Positions 10,125 through 22,500 of a stretch of DNA of 64,000 bases are shown piece by piece (position 1 is the first letter of the stretch; each line of letters begins with the position of its first letter). The notes under the pieces were generated by a model. That model made no database searches. It was not told where the DNA came from and saw only the letters and a list, made by a program, of their open reading frames with translations. The DNA comes from Oscillospiraceae bacterium (GTDB taxonomy: Bacteria > Bacillota > Clostridia > Oscillospirales > Oscillospiraceae). The DNA lies in NCBI GenBank assembly GCA_017621795.1, contig JAGASJ010000004.1:14988-78987 (forward strand), written 5' to 3'. The translations under genes were made by a program, and so were the position numbers.

Positions 10125-10172
10125 AGAAAATCGCAACCGAAAACAAGACTGTCTTCGGTTGCGATTTTTCAC
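10125..10172 (-). terminator. Intrinsic terminator ending the long minus-strand operon
   Basis: GAAAATCGCAACCGAA...TTCGGTTGCGATTTTTC stem just downstream of the 10184 stop. Confidence 0.7.
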
Positions 10173-10183
10173 ACGAATGGGCT

Positions 10184-11134
10184 TTAGAAGTCGATAACAG
10201 GACCGTCGATCTCGTCAATGATCTCGCCAACAAACTCATCGCTTGCATTGGTATAGGCAACGGCTGCCTGATAGTATCCGTACAGCGCCTGCACCAGTGT
10301 CTTTAGTTCCGCGGAAGACTCTGCTTTATTGTACATTCTGAGGATGTAGGTTATGGGGCTGTAGGTCACTGTAAAGGATTGTGTATCCTTGGTAGCAGTA
10401 AGCGTGATATTGCCGCCCAGCTGTGCAGGCCCGATCCCGGCGATGTCCACATAGTATCTGCCGTCCTTTTCTTCTGCATCTAACGCCTTGCCGTTGGCGG
10501 AAAAGGATACTCCCTGGATGTCGCCGTTAAAGTAGAGGCGAACTGCTGTTTTTTCCTTGCACAGCAGGGTCGCGCCATAAAAGCGAAGTCCGCTGATCTC
10601 ACCGGAGCTTGCCAAGGTATTCTCGCCTGCAGGTGTGGGCAGTGTCAGCGCAATTCCCGCGTTTGCAAGGCTTTCGGTGTTATAACCGAAATAGGTCTGT
10701 GCCGCACCGCCGTAGGCCAGCATGCTCCGAACCAGGTCTTTTGTAACATCGTTATAGTCGCCGTTCAAAATCACATCGGCATATTTGCGGACAGAATAGG
10801 TCTTGCTCAGTGCCTCTGCGTTGACGGAGATCGCAATAGCATCCGTCATCTGACTGGCGGCCAGGGCCACCGTAATACGATAGGTGCCATCTTCGTTGGC
10901 TTCCTTGGTAAAGGATGCATCGGCCCCATCGACAGTCACGGCAACCACGTCTTCCCCGTCAATGGCCATATCAAAGCCCACTGCAATCTGATCATTCAGG
11001 GTGACACCCCACCTCAGCACGCCTCCTGCAAAAGTCGCTTCCGCCTTCATAGGCTGTACCAGTGCGATCACGCCAAGCATCAGGGCAAGCACCGTCAACA
11101 GGCTCAGAATTTTCCGAACAGATTTCGTAAACAT
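10184..11134 (-). CDS. Secreted hypothetical protein with internally duplicated beta/alpha domain
   Basis: Signal peptide ending AEA; two similar halves (TYSVRKYA...LVRSMLAYGGAAQTYF and TYSPITYI...LVQALYGYYQAAVAY). Confidence 0.75.
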   Translation of the reverse strand: MFTKSVRKILSLLTVLALMLGVIALVQPMKAEATFAGGVLRWGVTLNDQIAVGFDMAIDGEDVVAVTVDGADASFTKEANEDGTYRITVALAASQMTDAIAISVNAEALSKTYSVRKYADVILNGDYNDVTKDLVRSMLAYGGAAQTYFGYNTESLANAGIALTLPTPAGENTLASSGEISGLRFYGATLLCKEKTAVRLYFNGDIQGVSFSANGKALDAEEKDGRYYVDIAGIGPAQLGGNITLTATKDTQSFTVTYSPITYILRMYNKAESSAELKTLVQALYGYYQAAVAYTNASDEFVGEIIDEIDGPVIDF

Positions 11135-11257
11135 TTTTGTTCCTCCTTATGCTTCATTACAGTTTTTATCTTTTTGCGCAGTATATAAATCAATGAGAGA
11201 GCCGTCTCCCGGGTATTCTGTTTTCTACAGTGCCTACAGATGGCACTTTTCTGTTTG

Positions 11258-14200
11258 TCAGATGCTGACCAGCAGGGTTATGATTTCATAGGGTTTGATC
11301 CTGATGTGCAGCCCATTTTGGGAGAGTAGCTCTTTTACGCTCTCCGGCCGCTCCATCAGATCGCACCGCCGCACCTCTTTTACCGGGAAGCCAAATTTGA
11401 CACAGGCTGTTCCCTTCGCACCGGCATATTCATGGAAGCGGATCACCAGGGACTTGCCGTCCTCCGATTTTTTACAGGCATCCAGCTCCACATAGGCGCC
11501 ATCTACAGATACGGTGGTATTTTGCAGAGCTCTGCGTCCCAAAACAGCCATCAACGGCTGATTCAAATCCGCCGCGGCCTGCACAGTGCCGCCTGTTACA
11601 AAGTCGCCCTTGTGGGGATAGATGGCATAGGTGAAGGTGTGTTCTCCCTTATCTGCCTGCGGATCCGGGAAGATCGCCGCCTTCAAAAGGGTCAGCCGCA
11701 TCACATTCTGGTGCACATCATAGCCGTATTTGCAGTCATTGAGCAGGCTGACACCGCAGTCATACTCAGAAAGATCCGCAAACCGATGCCCCACCACTTC
11801 AAACTTCGCCCGTTCCCAACCGGTGTTGGAATTGTTGGGTCTGCGGATATTGCCGTACTGGATGTCATAGGTAGCATAGGTGGTGCGGACATCCACAGGG
11901 AAAGCAGCTTTCAGCAGCTTTTGCGTTTCCTGCCAGTCTACATAGGTCTGAAAGTCGATCCTGCGGCTGTGCTTATAGAGGATCATATCCTGCTGAATTT
12001 TGGATCTGCTGATATTCCAGCTTTGCCGCAGTACCATCCGCAGCGGCCCGTTTTCCACAAGCTCACGGCTGGCAAGGTCGGTAACCTCCTGCATTTTCTG
12101 CCAGTAGTACATATCAATATCCCAGGCATCGTAGTCTAAGGGCTTGTCCTCAAAAAGCTGTAAAACATTGCCCCGTTGTCCCTCCGTCAGCACCTGGGTA
12201 TCCAGTTGCTTATCGTACAGCCTAATGATCTGACCTGCTTTATTCAGTTTGATCTGATAATAGTCCGTTTCGATGGAGATATGCTCTTTGTCCTGTTGGA
12301 CGGTCGCACAGTGCTCTTGCTTTTGAGGCTCCTTGCGGGAACAAAGCTGCAGACTGACCATTCCCATCGCCGGTACTGTAACAAGGGCGTATGCCCCCTG
12401 TGTCGGAATTTCTGAGCCGTCCGACGCCATCAGCATTTGGGCATCTGCGTTAAAGCCCTCGATTTTCACTAAACTATTGCGGGCAGTGTTCAGTTCATTG
12501 ATGACCGTAACGCAATTTGCGTCCTCGGCTGTCATCGCCTGCAGACTGCGGTCTATGACGCCGCCGGCAAGGCTCCCCATTTTCTCATAGTAATCATGGG
12601 CATCGTCATATACCTCCCGCATAGAAGAACCGGGCAGAATGTCGTGGAACTGATGGGTCAGCAGCATTTTCCAGCCCTCGTTCAGGTTTTCCTGCTCTGC
12701 CTTGGCAATATCTCCACAGCGCACCGCCTGCATTGCCGTCAGCCATTCTGCTCTGCGGTACATTTCCTCCATACGGCGGTTCATTTTCTTTACATAGGCC
12801 TGGCTGGTATAGGTGCCCCGATGATATTCCAGATACATCTCCCCGTCCCAGGTTGCCATTGGCTCATCGGTGTTAGCAACACTTTCCTGCAGACGGCGGA
12901 AATACGCGCCGGCTGTATCTGTTTTCACACAGGGCAGACCGGGGATCCGATCCATATATCTGCGCCGTTCCAGCATTTCCCGTGTGACGCCGCCTCCCCC
13001 ATCGCCGAAGCCGTAGGGGATCAGTGTTTCCGGGTGAATATGCTTTTCACGGTACAGCTTCCAAGAGCCTGTCACCACATCCGGCACCAGGAAACCGTTG
13101 TAATCGGAGTAGAAATTGGTCTGCACATCTTGTCCCCGACAGGGGGTTGTAACAAAATGCGTCAGTACCTCACTGCCGTCCAATCCCTTCCAGCGGAAGG
13201 TGTCATTGGGCATCCGATTATACTGATTCCAGGTGATCTTGGTGGTCATAAAGGTGTGGATACCGGACTTTTTTAAAATCTGCGGCAGTGCATAGGAATA
13301 GCCAAATACATCCGGCAGCCACAGATACTCCGGCTCTTTTCCAAATTCCTCCAGCATAAACCGACGTCCCACAAGGATTTGCCGTGTCAGCGCTTCTCCT
13401 CCGGTGAGCACGCAGTCCGACTCCACCCACATCGCGCCGTCAATTTCCCATCGGCCTTCCTGCACCCGCTTTCGGATCTTTTCGTAGATCTCCGGGAAAT
13501 ATTCCTTGATGTAAGCATACTGCTGAGGTTGGGTATGCAAAAAGATAAATTCCGGATACTGCTCCATATACCGCAGTACTGTTGAGAAGGAACGGGAAGC
13601 CTTCTCTGCGGTATGCTTTAACCGCCAACGCCAGGCTGTATCAATGTGGGTGTGTCCCACACAGCTTACCACCGCTCGGGTATTTTTCTGCATTCCGTCT
13701 ATGAGCCGGTTTAAAAGCAGATTTGCCTGACGGACGGTTTCATAGAATCCTGCGCTGCCCTTGTCTGTCCAGTCAATAACGCGAATCGCCTGATCCAGTA
13801 TGTGGAGAAGCTCATGCTTTTCAAGCTGTTCTTCCCTTAAAACCTCAACAGTCCGCAGTATCGTGTCTCCAAAATAGTATAAAGCATCGGTATCGGCATC
13901 CATTTCCCCCAGAAAAGCGGTATTCAGACAGTGGGTCAGCTCATGGGGTATGCCGCCGCCCTCCAATCCCGACCACAGGCGAAAGGCCAGGCTGACCTCC
14001 CTGCCCTGGCAGGATTTTTCGAAAAACACTTCCCGATGGTTGGTATCCACCGCCTGATAGGGCTTTGCATCCACATAGAGCAGCGATTCAAAGCCTAAGT
14101 TGTTGCCGCCGCCGGTGGTGCCAAAATCAAACACGCCTACGGGGTTTTCCCACGTCTGAGGGATAATTACTGTTTTTTGCAGCCACAGGTATCGGTCACG

Positions 14201-14392
14201 GCCTGTCCAGGTCTGACCCAGGGTCATCGTTTCCCCGTTTTTCTCCATCTGCTCTGCCGTGGGGGGATGGGGATTGACACTGCCGGAAGTATCCTCTCTT
14301 ACAAAAAAGGAAGAGATGGGTATTTTTGTGCGAAAACGCATCCCGTACAGCTCATCCAGCCGTCTTTTCAATTTTTCCTCTGTCAGCAGCAT
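11258..14392 (-). CDS. GH38 alpha-mannosidase (long, 1044-aa form)
   Basis: GHTHIDTAWRW, WLPDVFGYS, GFGDGGGG, YLEYHRGTYTSQ, QFHDILPGS, LLNDCKYG. Confidence 0.93.
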   Translation of the reverse strand: MLLTEEKLKRRLDELYGMRFRTKIPISSFFVREDTSGSVNPHPPTAEQMEKNGETMTLGQTWTGRDRYLWLQKTVIIPQTWENPVGVFDFGTTGGGNNLGFESLLYVDAKPYQAVDTNHREVFFEKSCQGREVSLAFRLWSGLEGGGIPHELTHCLNTAFLGEMDADTDALYYFGDTILRTVEVLREEQLEKHELLHILDQAIRVIDWTDKGSAGFYETVRQANLLLNRLIDGMQKNTRAVVSCVGHTHIDTAWRWRLKHTAEKASRSFSTVLRYMEQYPEFIFLHTQPQQYAYIKEYFPEIYEKIRKRVQEGRWEIDGAMWVESDCVLTGGEALTRQILVGRRFMLEEFGKEPEYLWLPDVFGYSYALPQILKKSGIHTFMTTKITWNQYNRMPNDTFRWKGLDGSEVLTHFVTTPCRGQDVQTNFYSDYNGFLVPDVVTGSWKLYREKHIHPETLIPYGFGDGGGGVTREMLERRRYMDRIPGLPCVKTDTAGAYFRRLQESVANTDEPMATWDGEMYLEYHRGTYTSQAYVKKMNRRMEEMYRRAEWLTAMQAVRCGDIAKAEQENLNEGWKMLLTHQFHDILPGSSMREVYDDAHDYYEKMGSLAGGVIDRSLQAMTAEDANCVTVINELNTARNSLVKIEGFNADAQMLMASDGSEIPTQGAYALVTVPAMGMVSLQLCSRKEPQKQEHCATVQQDKEHISIETDYYQIKLNKAGQIIRLYDKQLDTQVLTEGQRGNVLQLFEDKPLDYDAWDIDMYYWQKMQEVTDLASRELVENGPLRMVLRQSWNISRSKIQQDMILYKHSRRIDFQTYVDWQETQKLLKAAFPVDVRTTYATYDIQYGNIRRPNNSNTGWERAKFEVVGHRFADLSEYDCGVSLLNDCKYGYDVHQNVMRLTLLKAAIFPDPQADKGEHTFTYAIYPHKGDFVTGGTVQAAADLNQPLMAVLGRRALQNTTVSVDGAYVELDACKKSEDGKSLVIRFHEYAGAKGTACVKFGFPVKEVRRCDLMERPESVKELLSQNGLHIRIKPYEIITLLVSI

Positions 14393-14395
14393 AAG

Positions 14396-16495
14396 TTATC
14401 CTCTCTGAATCCCCACCGCACTCAACGGTGGAATGGTGAAGCTTACAACAGCGTCTTGCTTTTTCTGAAGCCCGCTGTCCATATATACGGTCACCGGAAT
14501 TGAGGTTTTCACCGTCACCGGCTTATTGTTATAGTTTACGGCAAACTGCATGGTTTGACCTTCAAATTCATAGGCTTCTGTCAAAACCTCATCCACATAA
14601 ATGGGTCTGCCATCTTCCCCCACAAAGCGGTTTTTGCCGCACATAAGGGGGATGGGCTTCACCATTTTGCCCGTATGTAAATAGCTTTTCCCCGCCTTTT
14701 GCCGCCAACCGTTGAGGTTCTTCAGAATGGCGCAGGCGGCATTCTTGTCCGTGTGATACTTAAAGCAGTCGTTGCCCCAGGCGTAGGAGATCTGCCCTTC
14801 TTCCCCCAGCACCACAGTCAGCATATCGCCGGCAACGAAGGAATAAGCCACCCGATAGGGGTAATTAAATTCCTCCATAGACAGCATCATACAGATTTGG
14901 TTGCCCATAAAATTATTGACATATTCGTGATACAAATAGCTGTAAAGGGGGACGGGCAAGCCGATATAATAGGTTAATTCGTAGCGGTTGTCACTGAATT
15001 TCAGCTGGGACAAAAACGGCTCGGCCGCCGCAGATTCACAGCCCAAAAGGACTTTTCCGTTATTGAGCTGTTTCATCAGCTTCAGGCTTTCCTCTGCCTG
15101 CCATTTACCCGGTGCGGGAATATGCCCGTGGGCATCACTGTAGCAGAAATAGGAGCTGCCGCCGTGGTTTTGGTCAAATGCCTGCAGGTAGTCGATGCCG
15201 CTTTCCATCACCGGGCGCAGGGCTTCTTCCAACATCTGCTTTGTCTGCGCACAGGCCGGGCAAAGGTCATAGCCTCTGCGCTGCTCCCTGCAAATGGCGC
15301 TTTCGATGCTGCCGTCGGTGTTACTGCACATTATTCGGCTCAGCTGCTTTTTCTCATATTCCTGTTCCCGATTATAAGAGGCGATCAGATTGCTCTGCTG
15401 GGTCCAGCCCATACCGCTGCAGTAAAGGCCAATAAGCATCTTTTCTTCGTGCACCCGGCGGACAAATTCCCGAAATGCCTCCTCCCCACCGTAGGGAGGC
15501 CAGACGTAAGGCGGTGCCCAGGGGGCTGTGCCCTCCCAGTGCATCAAAAGGGTCATAACCTGGCTGTCGGTTTTTTCTGCCAGCTCCCTGAGGTACTGCA
15601 TAGCATTTTCGTAGGGATAGTAGCAATTCGGCTCCATCACATCCGTATCAAACCGTCCCCGAACGGGATAGGTCACCACCAGAGGGGACTGGCCGTACCA
15701 CCGGGGCAAATCCCGGGACTGGGCGATTTTTGTAAGGCCCTCGGGCAGATTCTCTGTAAACCAGTTGCGGTAGATCTCGGCGGCATCCTGCCACTGGCCC
15801 GCAAAAAGCTCCAGCACGCTGTTGAAGGGCATTTCGTAGCCTTCACCGTAATCTGCATTGCAGAAGACCCGCATTTGCAGGCAAATGCTGTCCCCGACAG
15901 TGCGAAAATCAATATGCTTTGTGGTTCTTTCCGGGTCGTGCATCCCCAAATAGATGCCGCTTCCCTCTGCGATATATGCAAGAAACTGAGACGAGACCAT
16001 ATTGGGGAAAATGGCATACTTGCCAAGGCTGGGATACTCCGGCTCTATGTAGGGAAACGGATTGGTATTGCGCTTTTCCATATCCCGCACCAGGCAGCCC
16101 TCGTTCCACGGGAACAGGATCTCTCCCCTGCCCCCATCCTGGTCGCAGAGCTTTCCTCCCACGCCCAGGGACATTAGCTGTACCCATTCCGGCATATCCC
16201 CGGTCTTGTTTTCAAGACGGATGCGCCAAACGAGTCGGTTTTTTTCCTGTTTTACCTGTATATAAACTTCTATTTCCTCATGGCGGTAATGGACTGTTTC
16301 GCCATCAAAAGAAACAAAGGTGCTTTCATTTCCATAAAGGATCCTGTGAGATCCCTGTTTGCTGCGGAGCTTTACGGCATAAAAGGGATTATGCCCTGCG
16401 ATCAGCTCCCCGTTTTCGGTTTTGATGCTGACAATTTCAGCCTTCTGATAATCCACAGTAATGGAATTCCCGTTTTGAAATGTATAAGTCTTCAT
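14396..16495 (-). CDS. DUF6259-like putative glycoside hydrolase
   Basis: HWEGTAPWAPPYVWPPYGG, YLQAFDQNHGG, GCESAAAEP; translationally adjacent to GH38; family recognised by eye. Confidence 0.6.
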   Translation of the reverse strand: MKTYTFQNGNSITVDYQKAEIVSIKTENGELIAGHNPFYAVKLRSKQGSHRILYGNESTFVSFDGETVHYRHEEIEVYIQVKQEKNRLVWRIRLENKTGDMPEWVQLMSLGVGGKLCDQDGGRGEILFPWNEGCLVRDMEKRNTNPFPYIEPEYPSLGKYAIFPNMVSSQFLAYIAEGSGIYLGMHDPERTTKHIDFRTVGDSICLQMRVFCNADYGEGYEMPFNSVLELFAGQWQDAAEIYRNWFTENLPEGLTKIAQSRDLPRWYGQSPLVVTYPVRGRFDTDVMEPNCYYPYENAMQYLRELAEKTDSQVMTLLMHWEGTAPWAPPYVWPPYGGEEAFREFVRRVHEEKMLIGLYCSGMGWTQQSNLIASYNREQEYEKKQLSRIMCSNTDGSIESAICREQRRGYDLCPACAQTKQMLEEALRPVMESGIDYLQAFDQNHGGSSYFCYSDAHGHIPAPGKWQAEESLKLMKQLNNGKVLLGCESAAAEPFLSQLKFSDNRYELTYYIGLPVPLYSYLYHEYVNNFMGNQICMMLSMEEFNYPYRVAYSFVAGDMLTVVLGEEGQISYAWGNDCFKYHTDKNAACAILKNLNGWRQKAGKSYLHTGKMVKPIPLMCGKNRFVGEDGRPIYVDEVLTEAYEFEGQTMQFAVNYNNKPVTVKTSIPVTVYMDSGLQKKQDAVVSFTIPPLSAVGIQRG

Positions 16496-16561
16496 AAAAA
16501 TCCCTCACAGATTTTTGGGGGTGGGAAGGCAGATTGCTCTGCCTTCCCTGATTATTGGAAT

Positions 16562-19500
16562 TTAGCCCATTTCGGGCAGTGCGTAGAAGCCGGAAACAAG
16601 CCAGCCCTCGCCGCTCATATTGGCATAGAAGTAAACCGTGTCATTACTGGTGATAAACTGCCTGCCCGCCGCGGCACCCAAGTCAGACAGGTGGATGCGG
16701 TTCCAGGAGTTTGCCTTCAGCAGGGCGTAGGCGTAATAGCCCCAGTCCATGGTGTAATTCAGCTCCACATCCCCATCTGTGGGATTGTAGATGTAGAACA
16801 CCATGTCCTTGCTCTGCTTGAATGCAGGATTTTCTGTCTTTACATTGGGGGTCAGTGCCAAATAGGTACTGCCGGACACGCGCATCACCTTGCCGAAGGT
16901 GGCATCATCATTGTTCGTGGTCAGTGTGCCGTCCACGCCCAGCACCTGATAGGAGGCATCCACCACGGTGGCAAAGCCTTCCACATCGGAGCCCTCACTG
17001 TAGAAGCTGGAAATCAGCCAGCCTTCACCACTAAACGCAACGTAGAAATAAATGGTATCGTTGCCGGTGATAAACTGCTTGCCTGCGGCAGTCCCGAAGT
17101 CCGCAAACTCAATGTAGTTCCACGACTTGGCCTTCAGCAGGAAGTGGGCGTTGTAGATCCAGTCCATGGTGTAATAGCCGTCTACATCCGCATCCGTGGG
17201 GTTATAGATGTAGAAGCCGATATTCTTACTCTGCTTGAACGCGGGATTTTCGTTCTTCACATTGGAAGTCAGTGCCAGATAGCTGCCGCCGGATACGGTC
17301 ATCACCTTGCCGAAGGTGTTGTTGTCCACGCCGGTGGTCAAGGTTCCGTCCACACCCAATACCTGATAAGCGGCATCCACAACAGTCTTTCCTGCCAGCT
17401 CATCCCAGAAGGCCACCTTTTCCACGCAAGAAGTCAGCTTCTCTGCGTCCTCAACCTGTGCTTTGTTTTCTTCAGGCAGGGCATTATATGCTTCGTATGC
17501 TGCCCATACTGCTGCAGAATCCGCGGTTTTCAGCTCGGTTGCCTGAGGAAGCGCGGCAATCTGCGCATTCACAGCCGCAACTGCTTCCGCTTCGGGATCC
17601 TGCTCAGTGGCGATTTCCGGCAGTGCGTAGAAGCCGGAAACCAGCCAGCCCTCGCCGTTCATATTGGCATAGAAGTAAACCGTATCATTGCCGGTGATAA
17701 ACTGCCTGCCCGCCGCGGCACCCAGGTCAGACAGATGGATGCGGTTCCAGGAGTTTGCCTTCAGCAGGGCGTAGGCGTAATAGCCCCAGTCCATGGTGTA
17801 ATTCAGTTCCACATCCCCATCTGTGGGATTGAAGATGTAGAACACCATGTCCTTGCTCTGCTTGAATGCGGGATTTTCGTTCTTCACATTGGACGTCAGT
17901 GCCAAATAAGTACTGCCGGACACGCGCATCACCTTGCCGAAGGTGGCATCATCATTGTTCGCGGTCAGTGTGCCGTCCACGCCCAAGACCTGATAAGAGG
18001 CATCCACCACGGTGGCAAAGCCTTCCACATCGGTGCCCTCACTGTAGAAGCTGGAAATCAGCCAGCCTTCTCCGGTCATATTGGCGTAGAAGTAGACGGT
18101 ACTGGTGCTGGTGATAAACTGCTTGCCTGCGGCAGTTCCGAAGTCCGCAAACTCAATGTAGTTCCACGACTTGGCTTTCAGCAGGAAGTGGGCGTTGTAG
18201 ATCCAGTCCATGGTGTAATAGCCGTCCACATCCGCAGATGTGGGATTATAGATGTAGAAACCGATATTCTTGCTCTGACGGAACGCGGCCTTTTCGCTCT
18301 TGACATTGTTCGTCAGCGCCAAATAGCTGCCGCCGGATACGGTCATCACCTTGCCAAAGGTCTCGTGGTTCACACCGACGGTCAGAACACCGTCTGTGCC
18401 CAATACCTGATAAGCGGTGTCCACAACGGCCTTTTCTGCCAGCTTATCCCAAGCAGCGATCTTCTCCATGCAGGCGAAGAGCTTATCCTTGCATTCGGCA
18501 GAAACCAGCTCCTTGGCTTCCGTGCTGAGGGCCTCATAAGCTGCCTGTGCATCTGTAACCGCCGTCTTGTGATCCATCGTCACATCCTGGGCGGCAGGCA
18601 GAGCACTGATCAGTGCTTCCACTGCCTTTACGTTCTCTTCCTGAGTGACTGCATCGCTCACAGAGACGAAGCCGGAGACCATCCATACACCCACGCTGTT
18701 TTGACTGAAGGGGATTCTGGCGGCAATGCTGTTACTCAGCTCGCTGTTGCAGTCCAAATTGATCTCGTTCCACCCCGGTGTCAGGGTGATGGTGCCGAAG
18801 ACCTTATTCCAGTTATCGCCGTAGAACTCCACATTGATGTTCTGTCCCATAGGATTGTACATATAGAAGCGCAGCTTCTTTACACCGGTCAGGGAGCCGT
18901 TTTCACCAATCATAAAGCCTGCGCCGTAACCACCGGAGGCAGCCTTTTCGGTAATTTCTAAACGGAATACGTCACCGTAAGCATCATCCACTGCCGCAGT
19001 CACCGTGCCGGTACAGGGCTGATCACCGGTGTGGGCGAACATCAAGGCGTTATCTGTTTTGCTGTTATAAATAACAGTATAGCCGTCCATAGCCGCAACG
19101 CAGGCATCCAGCTTTGCCTTCTTGTCGGCATCTACATAGTTCTGCTGAACACCCAGGGCATCGTAAGCCTGCTTTGCCTCGTCAACGGCAACAAAGTGCT
19201 TGAAGGTGACCTCTTCCCCATTGGGCAGGCTGTCGATCAAGCCTTCCACGATGGCAGCAGAGCCATCGTCAGACAGATTGGGCGTGCCGTAGAAGCTGGT
19301 CATCATCCACTTGCCCTGCTCGGACTTGGGCAGGCTGAAGGTAAATGCAATGGTCGTATCGCTTGCCACAAACTTTGTGTTTTCCGCGGCGGCATAGTTC
19401 GCCAGCACAATGCGGTTCCAGGCATTTGCCTTCAGCACAAAGTAGACGTTGTACTCCCAGGTCAGGGTCACATAGCCCGTCACATCTGTGTCTGTGGGGT

Positions 19501-22500
19501 TATAGATGTAGAACACCACATCGTTGCAGCTCTTAAACTGCGCACTCTTTTGGGTGTCTGCCAGTGTAAAGTACTCGGTGCTTTCAAATGCGAATACTTC
19601 GCCAAACTGCTCCGTATCCACAATTTCATAGCCCACCTTTGTACCGCCAAGACCATCAGCCGCCACCACATCGAAGACCACCTGGTCACCCGCCCGGTAC
19701 TGATTCATACCGTAAACACCGGAAACCAGCCAGCCATCTCCCGCAAAGACAGAACCTGCGCCTGCGCCGTCGATGGCGTAGAAGTAGACGGTCTGCCCTG
19801 CTGTCAGGTAGTTATCCACGAAGCTGGTGGATTCGTAGGTATAGGTCTGTCCTCTGTCGAACAGCTCAACTGCCGTCCAGGTCTGAGGATACAGGGTCAG
19901 ACGGTCACGGTGGATCCAGCCGTCATCGCCCAATTGCACGCCGATGTAGGCGTTCTCCTGGGTGGGGTTGTACACATACAGCACCGCAGATCTGCTTGCC
20001 TGGTATTCTGCGGTCAGGGCACTTGCGGGAATGGCGAAGTACTCCGCATCCGCAAGAGACATCACGTTTTCATATTGCTCGTCATAGACATTTCTTTCCG
20101 CTGTTACATTTTCTGCCACACCGTAAGCAGTGTTGGGAATGACCAGCGGCAATTTGCCGGACAGCTCCAGCTTCAGCGCTGCGATCTTGTTTTCACAGGC
20201 TACCAGCTTTGCGGTGTTGGTAACCGCGCTCTGCAGGTCGGAAGAAAGCGCTTCATACATTGCACGGACTTGCTGCACCTGTTCCTCGTGGTTTAGGGTG
20301 ATGCCTGCTGCATCAGGCAGGGCATCAATGGCTTCTTCCACACGGGAGAGCAGATCCGCGTCATTCTTGCCGTAGTAGCAGGTGACCTTCCACTGACCGG
20401 AAACCGCAGAAGCGAAGGTCAGGGTGTTATCGCCGGTACCGTAAGCGGATACGGGAACGGTCACCATCGTCCAGCTCTCTGCCGCCAGGCTGACATTTAC
20501 GCCGTTGTAGGTAGCGGAAACTGCGTCGGCGGTGGGGTTGTACACATAGAATACCACATCGCTGAACTGGGCAGGAATATCGCTCTTATGCAGGGTATCG
20601 GTGATGCCCTCGGACGCATCCAAAACGGTAATGCTGCCGTACCGGGCATCCTCCTGCTGTGTACCTGCAAGCTGATAGATGGGGCTGTAGCTGCTTGCCA
20701 GCTCGACAAGATCCATAAGCTTATTCTTCTGATCCTCGGATACGTTCATCTTGCCGATCTTATCCAAGCTGTCATAAGCTGCCTGTGCCTTTGCCACTGC
20801 CGCATAGTACTTGGGCATTTCGGCGTTTTCAGGAATATCCGCAAGGGCATTCAGGAATGCCTGTGCCGCGGCCGCTTCACCTGCGTTGCCGTTTACCAGC
20901 ACCAGGGCGCCATCACCGGCACGCAGGGACAAGGTATACTGCCCGTTTGCGGTGTTGACGATCTGAGTTGCGCCGTTAATGGTGACGCTGAGAGAATAAT
21001 CGCCGTTAAAGTACAGGGTAATATCCTGCGGGTTATTATAGTCGTAGTTGACTGCATAGTAGGCATTTCTTCCAAAGTAGTTAAAGCAACCTGCCATTGC
21101 GCCGGCAGAGCCGGTGGAAGTAAGGTGAGTCAGTGCGCCGTAACCGTAATTTGTAATGCCTGTATCGCTGGCTGCTGTGGAAGCTTCTGTGACTACCACA
21201 CCGCAGTCTGCCGCATTCATCAGCACTTCGTCAACTGCTGTGATCTGTCTGTTGACGTTTTTGATGTATTCATAGTAGGGCGTGGTCGTACCGTCTGCAC
21301 CGATAATGCCGTTACGGTCATAATTATAGGTGCTCTTGGTCGTACCGATCCAGTTTTTCTGCAGGGAATAGCTGTAGGGCTGTACCAGGGGATAATAGGT
21401 AATGCCCTGGGCGCCGTAGGCCAGTGCGGTATGCACCGTCCATCTGGTCATACCGTCGGTCATATAAGCGGTATCTTTGGTATCCCGCACGATATTGCCG
21501 GATACATAGTTGCCCGCCTGCACCACAGCCCAAAACGGCACATCGTGCTCCTGTGCCTTCTGCTTGATGAGCTTCAGCCCGGTGAAATACTCCTGTGCAT
21601 TCCGCTGGGTATCCTTGTCGGAGAAGACATAGTAGTCAAAGGACAGCTGCTTGGGATTTCCGTAACAGGTAAAGTATTCTTCCAAATACTGTAAATACTC
21701 TGCCTCGGTGCCCATACTCTCCCAGTAGGGCAGCAGGTTTGTATAGCCTACCAGGTTGGTATACTCGTTGGTCATCTGTGCCAAAGCACTCATTTGGCTG
21801 TAGGACCGATCGGCTGTAAAGGTTCCGTTCGCAGGCAGATAATACTCCGTCCACGGCTCATCCATCAGACTGATGCCCGCAAAGGAATCATAGTTGCTCA
21901 GTTCCCTGAGGTACTGCTCAAAATACGCGGGATTGGTGCCCACATTCACCGCATAGCTGGGCTGGACATACATGGAAATGCCGTACTTTTCCGCCAGTGC
22001 CAGTTCCTTCTGCTGAACGGCCTCCACCGACTCACCGTCTGCCATGGTATTGGTGGTAGCGGTAATCAGATTGATGCCTGCATCTGCAACCAGTGCGTAG
22101 ATGGCGTCTGTTCTGAAGTCGCTGATGGCGCCGGCAGGCAGATCCACCACGGAGGTGTTCAGATAGCCGGGGCCTAAGAAGCCGCCGATGGGCATCACGC
22201 TGTCTGTTCCTGCCTGATGGGTAATGGCATTGCCTGTTTTGGGGAATGCCTCCTCAGGAGTCTTCATACCCAGCAGGATCTCCCGCATCAGCTCTGCATC
22301 CGCATTATTGGTGAAGGCAGATGCGGCCATCTGACCTGCCTTGCTGATCCCGATGCCCTGGGTATACTTTTTCATTGCAACCAGGTCTTTTACATCATAG
22401 ACCCCATCGGGGTGCATATCGCCCTGTTTGTAAAGAGATACGGACTGTGTGATGGTGCCTTCGTTTCCGACACGGTCGGTATAAGTCTTTACAATGGTAT

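Noticed and set aside
16280-18961. 893-aa plus-strand ORF (also 1104-2396, 19031-20296, 20588-21694, 24323-25720, 30139-31578, 45685-46695, 60071-61246)
   Set aside because: Antisense shadows of well-supported minus-strand genes; no recognisable motifs, and their repeats merely mirror those of the real gene
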